From: Staphylococcus phage vB_SurM-PSU4 | Sequence record: OL436245.1 | DNA: 64,000 bases | Reading direction: 5' to 3' (one strand) | The notes under the pieces: model-generated | The model's database searches: none | What the model was told of the DNA's origin: nothing | What the model saw: only the letters and a program-made list of their open reading frames with translations | Position numbers and translations under genes: made by a program | In this document: positions 1 through 10,637 of the stretch, piece after piece | Numbering within the stretch: the stretch's first letter is position 1 | How the letters are laid out: every line of letters starts with the position of its first letter

Positions 1-1
1 A

Positions 2-2371
2 ACACAATCTAGACAAGAAGCTCAATCACAAGCTTTATATGAATCATTAGGAGCTTTAAGAAACTTCCAAGGAATGTTAGCTGGATTAAATCCAGTTTTT
101 TATCAAATAATGGTTGCTGGAGAAGCACTAGCAGCAAGTATGGCTTCATCTGCTGCAATGATGGGTGGAGCTTATGGAATGAAACGTGCAGGAGGAGCAA
201 TGAATAGAAGAGGTTCCTCTATGACTCGTCAAAGAGCAGATAAAGATAACAAATCAGGAAAAGGTACAAACTTAGGAGGTACTCCTAGAGGAAGAAAACG
301 AGCAAGTGGAAAATCTGATGAAAAAAGCTCAGGTTCTAGTGGTATTGTAGATGGCGGAATGATGTCTGGAATGATGATGGGCGGAATGATGGGAAGCCCA
401 TTTGGAGGTGGAGACACTCAAGAAGGTGGAAAACGTAAAGGTATGTTAGGTAAAATCGGTCAAGCAGGAGGACGAATGGCTAGATTTGGTATGATGCCTA
501 TGATGATGGGTTCCATGATGAGTGGTGGACAAACCGATGGAGAAGGAAATCCTACAGGCGGTTCATCTATGGGTTCTATGGGTTCTATGATGATGCAAAT
601 TATGGCTATGGAAGCTCTTATGAATGGTGGAATAGGTAAATTAGGAGACCTAGGTAAAAAAGGATTTGAAAAAGGTAAAGGTATCTATGGTAAAGGTAAA
701 GACAGTTATAAAAAAGGTGGAACTAAACGACTAGGTAAAAGAGCTGGAATTAAATTCCTTAAAGGGGATAAAGCTTTAAGAGGATTCCCTAATATGGCTA
801 AAGGTAAACTAAGTGATTTAGCTAAGTCCGAAAAAGTATCTAAAACTGAATCTATATTAGGTAAGGGTTTTGATAAATCTAAAGGATTTTCCCAAAAAGG
901 ATTTGGAAAATTATCTAGCTTTGGTGGACAATCACCTACAGGTAATATGAGTAAAACTTTAGGTAAAGGTTCAGGTATGCTAGGTAAGCTAGGTAAGGTT
1001 GGTAAATTCGGTAAAGGAATACCTCTTGTAGGAGGAGCCTTAAGTGCTTTAGGAATTGGAAGTTCTTTAATGCAAGGAGATATGAAAGGTGCTAGTGGTG
1101 GTGTAGGAGCAACAGCAGGAGCTACTATAGGAGGAACTCTAGGTTCTGTAGTACCTGGAATAGGTACAGCTATTGGAGCGACTGCAGGAGGACTCTTAGG
1201 TGGTTCTGTAGGAAAACACGCTTATGACACTACTAAGAAAAACAATGAAGCTATTAAAAAAGGAAATATCGTTGGAAAAGGTGGACTTGTAGACTTTAGT
1301 TGGGGTAATGGAGATAAAGATGGTAAAGGTGGTTTCGGAGATTCTGTTGTAGGTAAACCTGTTATGGGAGCTATTAATGGAATCAAGTCACTCTTTGGTG
1401 GAGGAAATGAAGCTAAAGGTGGTGGCGGTGGAGGACAAGATTCCACTGGAATTGCAGGAGCTTATGATAATACTGAAAATTCAGGAGGACAAGAAAATAG
1501 TATCAAAGGCTCAGAAAATAAGAAGAAAAAAATGACTGCTGAAGAACTAAGACAGAAAAACAATAAATCTGAATCTGAGAATTTAAACATGTTCAAAAAC
1601 CTACTAACACGTTGGGAACAATCTATCCAAGAAGCTAAAGGTTTAGATGCTGGAGGAGATAGTGATTCAGAGGACTCAGGAGGCAGTGCATCAGACGTTG
1701 GAGGTAGTGGTTCTAAGAAAATATATAAATTCTTAAAATCTAAAGGACTATCTGATAATCAAGTAGGAGCTATTATGGGTAACCTAAAACAAGAATCTAA
1801 TCTTGACCCTAATGCTAAAAACCCTTCTAGCGGAGCTTTTGGTATAGCTCAATGGCTAGGTTCTAGAAAAACGGGACTAGATAATTTTGCTAAATCTAAA
1901 GGAAAAAAATCAAGTGATTTAGATGTTCAATTAGATTATCTATGGAAAGAAATGCAATCAGATTATGAGAGTAACAGTCTTAAAAATGCAGGATGGAGTA
2001 AAAATGCTAGTCTTGAGAAAAATACTCAAGCATTTGCTACAGGATTTGAACGTATGGGTGCACATGAAGCTATGATGGGTACTAGAGTTAACAATGCTAA
2101 ATCCTTTAAGAAAAAATATGGAGGTGGGGGAGGCGGTAAAGATTGGTCATCTGAACCATCTTACACAAATCGCTCCATGGCTACTTTACAAAGTCAGCAA
2201 GCAACAATGACTCAACCAACCTCAGGCAATACTGCTAACGTATCAGTAAGTATAAATATTAATGGCGGGGATAGTCCAGCAGAAACAGCACAAGCTGTTA
2301 GAGAGAGATTAGATAGTTACTTTGATTCAAGTGATTTTGATATTTTCCAAAATAACTATCGAAGAACATAG
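2..2371 (+). CDS. Tape measure protein, C-terminal part (5' end lies upstream of the window), with C-terminal phage tail-lysozyme-like domain
   Basis: The reading frame is open from base 2, and the ATG at 74 is internal. Gly/Met/Lys-rich low-complexity repeats (GMMSGMMMGGMMG, KGKG runs). The C-terminal ~120 aa carry a GIAQWLGSRKTG...LDYLWKEMQ motif typical of tail-lysozyme (PF18013-like) domains at tape-measure C-termini. Confidence 0.75.
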   Translation, partial: TQSRQEAQSQALYESLGALRNFQGMLAGLNPVFYQIMVAGEALAASMASSAAMMGGAYGMKRAGGAMNRRGSSMTRQRADKDNKSGKGTNLGGTPRGRKRASGKSDEKSSGSSGIVDGGMMSGMMMGGMMGSPFGGGDTQEGGKRKGMLGKIGQAGGRMARFGMMPMMMGSMMSGGQTDGEGNPTGGSSMGSMGSMMMQIMAMEALMNGGIGKLGDLGKKGFEKGKGIYGKGKDSYKKGGTKRLGKRAGIKFLKGDKALRGFPNMAKGKLSDLAKSEKVSKTESILGKGFDKSKGFSQKGFGKLSSFGGQSPTGNMSKTLGKGSGMLGKLGKVGKFGKGIPLVGGALSALGIGSSLMQGDMKGASGGVGATAGATIGGTLGSVVPGIGTAIGATAGGLLGGSVGKHAYDTTKKNNEAIKKGNIVGKGGLVDFSWGNGDKDGKGGFGDSVVGKPVMGAINGIKSLFGGGNEAKGGGGGGQDSTGIAGAYDNTENSGGQENSIKGSENKKKKMTAEELRQKNNKSESENLNMFKNLLTRWEQSIQEAKGLDAGGDSDSEDSGGSASDVGGSGSKKIYKFLKSKGLSDNQVGAIMGNLKQESNLDPNAKNPSSGAFGIAQWLGSRKTGLDNFAKSKGKKSSDLDVQLDYLWKEMQSDYESNSLKNAGWSKNASLEKNTQAFATGFERMGAHEAMMGTRVNNAKSFKKKYGGGGGGKDWSSEPSYTNRSMATLQSQQATMTQPTSGNTANVSVSININGGDSPAETAQAVRERLDSYFDSSDFDIFQNNYRRT

Positions 2372-2418
2372 TAGGGTAAAACCTACTATGTATACATATA
2401 AAAAAGGAGTGACACTGA

Positions 2419-4857
2419 TTGACTAAAAGCTATCACGTAAGACGACCAAGATTCAGAGTAGAGGCTATTAACGATACTAATGCTGTATCTTTTGAATATG
2501 AAGCAAGAGCTTCAGCTACTGATAAAGAAAAAACAAGTCGTGCTATACAATTTCAAACAAAAAACTCAATGTCTGATGATAGTGCAGTATTCCAAATTAT
2601 CCTCTACGGAGATGTTCAATGGGATAGAGTGCTACAAGCAAATGATATTATTAAAATATACGTAATAGAAGATGAAACAATTATAGATGGAAAAGAGCAC
2701 TTAATACTAAACGGAATGGTAAGTCAAGTATCTACAGTTGGAGAACACTCTAATGATAAAGCAGTATACAGAGTAACAGGACAATCATTCTCTAAACCAT
2801 TTTTAAACTTTGGTTTAGGTATTATACAAGAAGTAAGTGCAGTTCTTTCTTCTAGTGTAGGATGGTTACCAGATGATAAAGAACATGGTATTGAATTTAC
2901 TGGTAAAACAGCAAAAGAAGTTATGAACTCAGCTTTAGATAGATTTTTAGAATATATGAAATATGATTACTCAGGTGAGAATGGTAATGTAGATAAAACA
3001 CTTAAGAGTAACTTTACTAGAAACTTAGCTAGTTGGGAAGAATATGAAAACTTACAAGACCATTCAAACTTAATTAATTTTGACGGTAATTTCAAACAGA
3101 TGTTAGATTTAATTACTTGTAAACCATTTAATGAATTATTCTTTAGAAATGGAGAAGAAGGCAAGTCAGAATTAGTATTAAGGAGAACTCCATTTGACCC
3201 AAGTGATTGGAGAAGTTTAGAAATTGTTCATGAAGACACTGGAAGATTAATTAATGAAGACTTAGGTAAATCTGATGTTGAATCATACGCAGTATTTAAC
3301 GTTGTAACACCACAACAAACTAAAGAATTATCTTCTACAGTATCTTCTAAACCACAAACTCATAGAGCTTTAAGAAATAGGTATGGATATAAGAAACTAG
3401 AAGCAGAATACATGTTCTTACCTATGACTGATTCAGATAGTAACTCTGAAGAAGGAGATAGTCAAGAAAATGACGATAAAGGTAATGTTGAAATAACATA
3501 CGACCAAATATTTAACGAACTTGAAGACTTAGGACAAAAACGTGTTTCTAGAGATAAAGATGGAATTGTCAAGAGAATGTCTTCTAAATATAGAGGATTA
3601 GATAAACCTAAAGCTAAGAAACTTGTAGAGAAATATATTAAAACAAACAGTTTACCTCCTGAATACTTCCAAGAAGTAACAGGAATAGACCCTAATAGAA
3701 AAGTAACTGAAGATGCAATTAGTAAATTCCCTTCAGCAAAAGACGTACAAAGTTTTGTAGAAGGTAAATATCCTCAAAGTAAATTCAAAGAAACTTTTAA
3801 AGAAGATAGTGATTATAAGAAATTAACTAAAGCAATTAAAGAAAAATACCCTATGATTAAAGAAACACATATAGCACAATTAACAGCAGATTTTAAGAAG
3901 AAAAAAGGTGCTTTAACTTCAGATGACTATAAGAAGTTTACAGATAGAGCTAAACAAAGAGTTCAAAATGCTCAAGAAACAGGAGCAGCTGCAGGAGATA
4001 ATGCTTTTTCTATATTCTCTAAAAAACTATTTAATTGGTATCATGCAAACCAAAACTTCTCTAACGGTACACTAACAGTATTAGGTAGTGGAGATTATGA
4101 CTTAGGTAAAAGATTAATCATGCACAATAGACAGAATAATGAACGTTGGGAATATTATATAGAATCTGTTGAACATAACTTTGATATGCAACAAGGGTAC
4201 ACAACAACTCTAGGAGTAACAAGAGGTTTAAGAATGGAACCTAATGATAAAAATGAATCAGGTTCATCTAATAGATTTGCTTTCTTATGGGGTCAAAGTG
4301 TAGATTTCCTAGGAGGGTACTTAGGAGAGAAAACTTTAACACAACTTAAAGAAGAAGGTGTAGCTTCTAAGAAGAAGAAATCAGGTGACGGAGACGGTGG
4401 AAGTGAACATGGAGGAGGAACACTAGCAGGACTTAAAAAATATAAAGGTAAACTACCAACACCTAAAAACAAATCAAATACCTCATGGACAGCACCAGGA
4501 AACCCTAATAGAGGACAGTGGGCTAGAGAATGTACTTGGTATTGTTATAATAGACGACATGAATTGGGGTTAAGCACACCATTTAATGGAGATGCTGCTG
4601 AATGGATAGGAACAGCTAAATCAGCAGGAGTTAAAACAGGAAACACACCTAAACAAGGTGCAGTTGCTGTTTGGCAAAGAGGGGTAAAAGGTGGTTCAGC
4701 TCGATATGGTCACGTAGCTTTTGTTGAATCAGTATCAAGCGATGGTAAATCATTTCATTTGTCTGAATATAACTATGACACACCAAAAGGTTATGGAGAG
4801 AGAACAATACAAATGAGTTCACCCGAAGGGAAAAATGCTAAGTTTATTTACGATTAA
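2419..4857 (+). CDS. Tail-associated murein hydrolase (TAME-like), 812 aa, C-terminal CHAP domain
   Basis: TTG start with AAGGAG 10 nt upstream. The C-terminal 130 aa have a CHAP-like Cys...His arrangement (QWARECTWYCYNRRHELG ... GHVAFVESV). Size and position match the CHAP tail lysins that follow the tape measure in Twort-like phages. Confidence 0.8.
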   Translation: MTKSYHVRRPRFRVEAINDTNAVSFEYEARASATDKEKTSRAIQFQTKNSMSDDSAVFQIILYGDVQWDRVLQANDIIKIYVIEDETIIDGKEHLILNGMVSQVSTVGEHSNDKAVYRVTGQSFSKPFLNFGLGIIQEVSAVLSSSVGWLPDDKEHGIEFTGKTAKEVMNSALDRFLEYMKYDYSGENGNVDKTLKSNFTRNLASWEEYENLQDHSNLINFDGNFKQMLDLITCKPFNELFFRNGEEGKSELVLRRTPFDPSDWRSLEIVHEDTGRLINEDLGKSDVESYAVFNVVTPQQTKELSSTVSSKPQTHRALRNRYGYKKLEAEYMFLPMTDSDSNSEEGDSQENDDKGNVEITYDQIFNELEDLGQKRVSRDKDGIVKRMSSKYRGLDKPKAKKLVEKYIKTNSLPPEYFQEVTGIDPNRKVTEDAISKFPSAKDVQSFVEGKYPQSKFKETFKEDSDYKKLTKAIKEKYPMIKETHIAQLTADFKKKKGALTSDDYKKFTDRAKQRVQNAQETGAAAGDNAFSIFSKKLFNWYHANQNFSNGTLTVLGSGDYDLGKRLIMHNRQNNERWEYYIESVEHNFDMQQGYTTTLGVTRGLRMEPNDKNESGSSNRFAFLWGQSVDFLGGYLGEKTLTQLKEEGVASKKKKSGDGDGGSEHGGGTLAGLKKYKGKLPTPKNKSNTSWTAPGNPNRGQWARECTWYCYNRRHELGLSTPFNGDAAEWIGTAKSAGVKTGNTPKQGAVAVWQRGVKGGSARYGHVAFVESVSSDGKSFHLSEYNYDTPKGYGERTIQMSSPEGKNAKFIYD

Positions 4858-4869
4858 GGAGGTTAGATT

Positions 4870-5772
4870 TTGGATACAGATATTAATAAAATAGTAGAGA
4901 TGTATATTAAAAATATATATGAATATGAAAAAGATTTTGATGAAGACACAATATTTGATAAACAAAAAGAGTTAGAACAAATAGCAGAAACAGATACAGT
5001 AGATTCAGCTTCACATTTAAGACCTTACTCTAATGTAGTTCAACAAATGATAATAACAAACACTAACTATGATATAAAAGAAATACAAACAGGATTATAT
5101 GAAGTGAATATTAAGGTAAGAACCTTAACACATACTTATGATGGTAAGAAGGCTGAATCAGAGCATACTGAACAAATAAAAGTAGAAAGAACACTTAAAT
5201 CAAGTTACTTTATAAGTTCCTTATCTTCAGACATACAACAAATATATGCTACCTATATGGATTACGAAGACCCACAACCTGAACTTAGAAAGTCAGAACA
5301 AGCATATTATGAATATATGATAGGTAATGTTAATTTAGATAATATATATTACATGTATAAAGGTTACCCATTCCAAAATCCATTAGTGAATGATGATAAA
5401 CAACTCCCTTGTGATTCATATAACTTTATCTATTGGCTATATTATAATGTAGACGTAGAATTAGAATATCCATTAAGAAGTGTTGATGTCTTGACAGGAG
5501 AGAATTTTAATACTATACTAGAAAAAGGTCATAAATACAAAGATGATATTTCAAAAATTAATGAAGGAGATTTAATATTCTTTGGTATTAATGATGATAA
5601 TGTAGGTATTTATATGGGAGATGGAGAAGTAGCGACTATTATAGGTTACTTCCCTATAGACGAATCTGGAAGAGTGAGAACTTATAAGTTAGAAGAACTT
5701 TGGGAAGCTTTTAACGGAAGAGTCATGAGATATAAAGACCCTATATTTGATTTTTATGTGGAGGGTAAATAG
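4870..5772 (+). CDS. Putative tail-associated NlpC/P60-like peptidase (degenerate), 300 aa
   Basis: TTG start 7 nt after AAGGAGG. C-terminal GDLIFFG...VGIYMGDGEVA resembles the NlpC/P60 core, but the usual His before GIY is missing. It occupies the position of a 'second tail lysin'. Confidence 0.5.
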   Translation: MDTDINKIVEMYIKNIYEYEKDFDEDTIFDKQKELEQIAETDTVDSASHLRPYSNVVQQMIITNTNYDIKEIQTGLYEVNIKVRTLTHTYDGKKAESEHTEQIKVERTLKSSYFISSLSSDIQQIYATYMDYEDPQPELRKSEQAYYEYMIGNVNLDNIYYMYKGYPFQNPLVNDDKQLPCDSYNFIYWLYYNVDVELEYPLRSVDVLTGENFNTILEKGHKYKDDISKINEGDLIFFGINDDNVGIYMGDGEVATIIGYFPIDESGRVRTYKLEELWEAFNGRVMRYKDPIFDFYVEGK

Positions 5773-8700
5773 ATGGCAATGCAAATGCAATCTTCTTTAG
5801 GTAGTAACTTAAAGAAAACAGATTCAGATGATTTTAAGATTAATAATTTAACTTATGGTACAATAACGAAAGTCAATTATCAATACAGTACTGTAGAAGT
5901 AAGAACAAGTAGAACGTATGCAGGAAGAGTAAATGGTACAGATGGACAATACTCTATACCATTTCCAAGAGGATTTACAGGTAGAACACCAGAAGGAAGA
6001 CCTTTTGGTTCTACACCATTAATTATTCCAGGTATGCTAGTTTTATTAGGATTTATAGAAGGTGAAAGTGGAAACCCTATTGTCTTATCTATTTATTCTA
6101 ATCCAGAGGATAGTAAGATGCTAACACCTAATCCATTAGAGAGTGGAGATATTAGAAACGATGATATTTATACTTACGGTAGTATGATGTTTTCTATCTT
6201 CCCTTCTTTAAATTACTCATTCCAAAATGGTAATGGTACAATTGTTAGAAGTTTAAATGGTAACTCTTTCCTATCAATAACATCTGAAGATGATGAGAAA
6301 CCAATGGCAACTGATTTTGGTATAGGTACAGAATATGAAGACTTAATGTCTTCTAAATATGGTAATGGTGAAATCATTGAATCTAGAAACCAAAGAGCAC
6401 CTGATATGTTATTTAAACATCAAGGAGATTTAAATACAAATAACCATATTACAATGTTACAGCTAACAGAACAAGGTACGCTTAGGTTCTCTGTACTTAA
6501 TACTGAAACGAATAGTAGAACTTCTTGGGAGATTGACGACCAAGGAAACCAACGTACATTATCCCAGAAAGATGATTTAATACTTGATAACGGACAAGAT
6601 TATGTAGAATACGGTATAGATAAAGAACATAACGATTTCTATATAAAAAACGGTAATCATGATTTAAGATTTACTGACCAAGGATTACTTTTAGATGGTA
6701 AACCTATGATAGATGATATAGATAATCAGATAGATGAACAGTTATCTAAATTAAAAGCAATCCAAGAATCTTTAGAAGGTGTGAATAACCTTTTAGATGG
6801 TGCAGGTAAACAAAACCTATTAGAAGTTATAGATGCTTCTGAAAGGTCTGAACAACGTTCTAAAAGTGCTTTAGAACAAGTTACAGGACTTAATACTCAA
6901 GTTCAACAAGTATCTTCAAGAGTAGAGGGTAATATTACTAACTTAAATAATTTTATGAGTAACATTAATAAATACGTAAAAACAAATGATGAGATTATTC
7001 TAGAGTTAGTAACATTTAAAGATGATTTGAATGTAGATAGTATTCCAGAGATTAAACAAACAGAAGAGAAATATAGACAAACAACATTTAGAGATATAAA
7101 GATACATGCAGATTTACCTTTTAAATTTAAAGATTATGATAGTATTATAACATCTGAAAATTTATCTTATTTATTCCCACAAGGATTAGCAATTCATAAC
7201 GGTTATACGTATATTATACACTCAGCACCAGAATCAGGGAGTAAAAGACTGATTGTTGTATACGATGAATTCTTTAAATATGTAAACATGTTCTTCGCAG
7301 GAACTACAGGTGGAGAAGGATTACATGTAGAAACAGAAGGTAATAAAACATATCTTTATGCTAGAACAGATAGTTTTAATATTGGTAAGTTTGATGTTAC
7401 AAGCCTAAGAAATATACAAGAGAAATCTACTTTAACACCAATTAAAGAGTTTAATTTAAATGCTTACATGAACTTCTTTAGAACTAAAGATGGTTGGGGA
7501 GTAGAATATTATAATCAAACCAAAGGAGTATATTTACAAAGAGATACAATTGTATTCTTCAATAAAGACTTTAGTAAACGAACAGGTTACTTATGGATAA
7601 ATCCTTCTAACTCAACTTTATGGTCTGATGATTTATTAACTGGGGTTACGAATAATTCAGCTAAGAAACAAGGTATGACTTTAGTTAATAACACAATAGT
7701 ACAAACATTAGGAGGTAACTACAATCCTTCTAGAGATACAGAAATACACACATACCATTTACAAGGTGTACAAGAGATAAGCCCTAGTGGGGATATTATG
7801 AATGATTACACTTATCACCCACAAGAACTGAAAGATTATTTAAGTGCACAAGGGAAAACAGCAGATATTATTGAACATGAAGGTGCTTTCTCGTACAACA
7901 ATAGACTATTCAGTATTATTGTATATAAAGGTAGAACAAATGCTAATGCTAATAAACAAGGTGTATTACTTGTAGAATATAAACCTAAAGAAAAAGACTA
8001 TACGTTTAATGCAATAGGTGAACCATTCTTAGCACCTACAGCTAATTATAATCCTTATAAGACAAATATTGATAACAAATTAGTGAATGAATATACAGGA
8101 GAATTCATAAATACAATAGAAGAGCTTATCATTTATATGAAAGATACATTCCAAGATAATATTGTTTTTTACTCAAGTAAAATAACAATTAAAGATTTTG
8201 GTGGAGGTTCTATACCAACAGGTTGTAGAGTAGAGGTAGAGAATATGAATAATTTAACTTATTATGTTAAAATAAAAGGATTAAATTATGATTACTTCTA
8301 TCAAGTAAGTTATAAGAGAAGTACAGGTGAATTAACTAAATATACTCCTAAATATGAATATGCTACGAAAGATGACATTAAAGATTTAAGTAGCCCGATA
8401 TCTGATACAGAAAAACCAAAAGATTACACAGCGATATTCACAAGGAATAGTAGTATTACTGATAGAGGAGTAACATTTAATAATAATGAACCTATTTATA
8501 AAGATGGAGGTATAGAAGTATTTAAGTCTTTAAGTGAGACTTTACAAGTTCCTAATAGTGTGTTAAACTTAAATGAAGGAACATTAAGTATTCAAATAGA
8601 ACCTACAACTTTATCTAATAATACAATTATTGATGGTGGAGGTATTTTAGTACAAACGGTTAATAGTGGTCAAGTTAAGGCTACAGTAGGTGGGGTAACA

Positions 8701-8943
8701 ATACAAAGTTCTAAAAAAATTAAAGAAAATACATTTAATAAAGTAACAGTTAAATGGTCTACAAATACTAAAGTGTTATGTATTATGATAGATAATGAAG
8801 TAGATAATGTAACTAATTATATATCCTATACAGGAACTATTTCAGATACAATTAAATTATCAACAACGGTAGACTCAGTTATTAAAGATTTATATTTTGT
8901 AGATAAACCATTACCTACGTATAAAATAAAGGAGGGTCTATAG
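5773..8943 (+). CDS. Large tail/baseplate structural protein, 1056 aa, with central coiled coil
   Basis: ATG with GGAGGG RBS. Long ORF in the tail module with a heptad-like region around aa 310-390. No HRG/GDPD motif was found, so it is not called a glycerophosphodiesterase. Confidence 0.6.
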   Translation: MAMQMQSSLGSNLKKTDSDDFKINNLTYGTITKVNYQYSTVEVRTSRTYAGRVNGTDGQYSIPFPRGFTGRTPEGRPFGSTPLIIPGMLVLLGFIEGESGNPIVLSIYSNPEDSKMLTPNPLESGDIRNDDIYTYGSMMFSIFPSLNYSFQNGNGTIVRSLNGNSFLSITSEDDEKPMATDFGIGTEYEDLMSSKYGNGEIIESRNQRAPDMLFKHQGDLNTNNHITMLQLTEQGTLRFSVLNTETNSRTSWEIDDQGNQRTLSQKDDLILDNGQDYVEYGIDKEHNDFYIKNGNHDLRFTDQGLLLDGKPMIDDIDNQIDEQLSKLKAIQESLEGVNNLLDGAGKQNLLEVIDASERSEQRSKSALEQVTGLNTQVQQVSSRVEGNITNLNNFMSNINKYVKTNDEIILELVTFKDDLNVDSIPEIKQTEEKYRQTTFRDIKIHADLPFKFKDYDSIITSENLSYLFPQGLAIHNGYTYIIHSAPESGSKRLIVVYDEFFKYVNMFFAGTTGGEGLHVETEGNKTYLYARTDSFNIGKFDVTSLRNIQEKSTLTPIKEFNLNAYMNFFRTKDGWGVEYYNQTKGVYLQRDTIVFFNKDFSKRTGYLWINPSNSTLWSDDLLTGVTNNSAKKQGMTLVNNTIVQTLGGNYNPSRDTEIHTYHLQGVQEISPSGDIMNDYTYHPQELKDYLSAQGKTADIIEHEGAFSYNNRLFSIIVYKGRTNANANKQGVLLVEYKPKEKDYTFNAIGEPFLAPTANYNPYKTNIDNKLVNEYTGEFINTIEELIIYMKDTFQDNIVFYSSKITIKDFGGGSIPTGCRVEVENMNNLTYYVKIKGLNYDYFYQVSYKRSTGELTKYTPKYEYATKDDIKDLSSPISDTEKPKDYTAIFTRNSSITDRGVTFNNNEPIYKDGGIEVFKSLSETLQVPNSVLNLNEGTLSIQIEPTTLSNNTIIDGGGILVQTVNSGQVKATVGGVTIQSSKKIKENTFNKVTVKWSTNTKVLCIMIDNEVDNVTNYISYTGTISDTIKLSTTVDSVIKDLYFVDKPLPTYKIKEGL

Positions 8944-9639
8944 TTGGCAGACTTATATAATTCTATGACTGACCTTATGAGCAAAACAACAGAAGGAACA
9001 GATTGGGATATAGAAACAATTGATGCACCTAGTGATATTATATCTATGGCTGTACATGGTGGCGGTATTGAGATAGGTAGTACTGAATTAGCGAGAGTGA
9101 TAGCCGAAAAAGGTGGATATAATTATTTCTCTTTCGTAGCTAAATTATCTAGTAACAATACACAACTACATGTAACGAGTACAAGGTACGATGCACCTAG
9201 AATTATATCTAAGATACAAGATTCAAAGCATTCTATATCTGTACATGGAGCAGCAGGAGATGGAAGTTACACATATATGGGCGGTGGAAATACTGCCCTT
9301 AAAAACCTGATTTGGAAAAATTTAGCAGAAAAAGGTTTTGACTGTAGAGAATCACCAGGTAATCTAGCAGGCGTAGAACCAATGAATATTGCTAATAGAA
9401 CAACTTTAGGTATGGGTGTACAATTAGAACTTTCTACCCAACAACGAAAAGATTTCTTTTTAGATGGAGATTGGTCAAGGTCGAGTAGAGAAAATAAGAA
9501 CAATTGGACTCAGAAGTTATATGATTATGCAGATGCAGTAGTTGAAGCTGTAGAAGAATATCAAAAAAGAGAAATAGTTGAAAAAGAAAACTCAATTTAC
9601 TACCCATTCTTAGAAAGTCTAAAATTTAAGAAATACTGA
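8944..9639 (+). CDS. PghP-like zinc amidase (poly-gamma-glutamate hydrolase family, PF05908-like)
   Basis: TTG start 7 nt after AAGGAGGG. Motifs AVHGGGIEIGSTE (His38/Glu43 spacing as in PghP), LHVTSTRYD and SVHGAAGDG...GGGN match the phage PghP fold signature. Confidence 0.6.
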   Translation: MADLYNSMTDLMSKTTEGTDWDIETIDAPSDIISMAVHGGGIEIGSTELARVIAEKGGYNYFSFVAKLSSNNTQLHVTSTRYDAPRIISKIQDSKHSISVHGAAGDGSYTYMGGGNTALKNLIWKNLAEKGFDCRESPGNLAGVEPMNIANRTTLGMGVQLELSTQQRKDFFLDGDWSRSSRENKNNWTQKLYDYADAVVEAVEEYQKREIVEKENSIYYPFLESLKFKKY

Positions 9640-9718
9640 TTTGGTTTATGGTTGTTTATTAAAGGAAAGAAGAACACATTAAAATACTAGAACAATATTA
9701 TTAAAAAATAATATCTTA

Positions 9719-9750
9719 ATAAGACCTATTTATATAGGTCTTATTTTTTA
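9719..9750 (+). terminator. Rho-independent terminator after the tail-lysin block
   Basis: taagacctat/ataggtctta form a 10-bp perfect stem with a 4-nt loop, followed by TTTTTT. An A-run upstream suggests it could act bidirectionally. Confidence 0.6.
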
Positions 9751-9790
9751 ATAAAAATAACTAGGTCGTGCTATATTAGTTGTGTATAGA

Positions 9791-9819
9791 TTGGAGATAC
9801 ATAAAAAATATGTTATAAT
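9791..9819 (+). promoter_or_regulatory. Sigma-A-like promoter TTGGAG-17-TGtTATAAT
   Basis: An extended -10 at 9811-9819 sits 17 nt after a TTGGAG -35, directly upstream of the baseplate gene block. Confidence 0.45.
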
Positions 9820-9836
9820 ATAGAGAGGTGAAAATT

Positions 9837-10637
9837 GTGCCACAAGCAGATTATACGACAAAAGATAGATATACTTTAAAACGTTTTGTATTAGAATTAA
9901 AACATAAGAGTGATGGTACAACAAAAATCTATAGGTTCAGAGTAAACCCAGAAGACTATAGTAAAGAAATACCACACAGAACTTCAGTACTAAAAACACA
10001 ATCAAGTATTCTTTACGAAGATTACGGACAAGATGTAAAAACAATTCAATTCTCAGGTCAAACAGGATTAAAAAGACGTAGAGATTTTGATGGTAAAATG
10101 AAAAATGGTAAAGATAAATTAGATGAGCTAGAAGATATAATTAATAAATATGGTAATACTGCAGGTAGTGGTAATAAGAGTTCTTATGATATGGTGTTTT
10201 ATAACTTAACAGATGATGAATCTTACAAAGTACATTTATCTCCACAAGGATTTAAGATAGAACGTTCAAGTGAACAATCTCTATTATACAAATACCAAAT
10301 TTCTTTAGTTATCTTAGGAGATGCAGGAGAACCTGAGTTTGATACAATAGATTCTTCTAATATTGGAAATAACAATAAGAGTTCTGGATATACAAGTGAT
10401 AGGTATATACAAGACCAAACAAGAGCAGAAGAAGAACAAAATGCTAGAAATAAACAAGCTATGGATACGATAGATAGAGCTAGAGGAAAAGGTTCAACGT
10501 CACCAGAAGGCGTAGGCTCATTAGGCGTAGATAGTAAAGGAAGAACAATATATAATCCAAGAGTAAATTCAAATGGTTTAGAGGGTTCTTTAAGCAATAT
10601 GTCCTTAGCTATTGGTTATGGATTAGGAGGATTTTAA
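9837..10637 (+). CDS. Baseplate-associated structural protein
   Basis: The frame is open from a GTG at 9828, but the GTG at 9837 has GAGAGGTG 6 nt upstream. Lies in the baseplate module; no domain recognised. Confidence 0.55.
   Translation: MPQADYTTKDRYTLKRFVLELKHKSDGTTKIYRFRVNPEDYSKEIPHRTSVLKTQSSILYEDYGQDVKTIQFSGQTGLKRRRDFDGKMKNGKDKLDELEDIINKYGNTAGSGNKSSYDMVFYNLTDDESYKVHLSPQGFKIERSSEQSLLYKYQISLVILGDAGEPEFDTIDSSNIGNNNKSSGYTSDRYIQDQTRAEEEQNARNKQAMDTIDRARGKGSTSPEGVGSLGVDSKGRTIYNPRVNSNGLEGSLSNMSLAIGYGLGGF

Noticed and set aside
5773-8943. Possible glycerophosphoryl-diester phosphodiesterase, the usual gene at this position in Twort-like phages
   Set aside because: No HRG...E.D GDPD motif could be found in the translation, so the enzymatic call was not made. 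It is kept as a structural tail protein.
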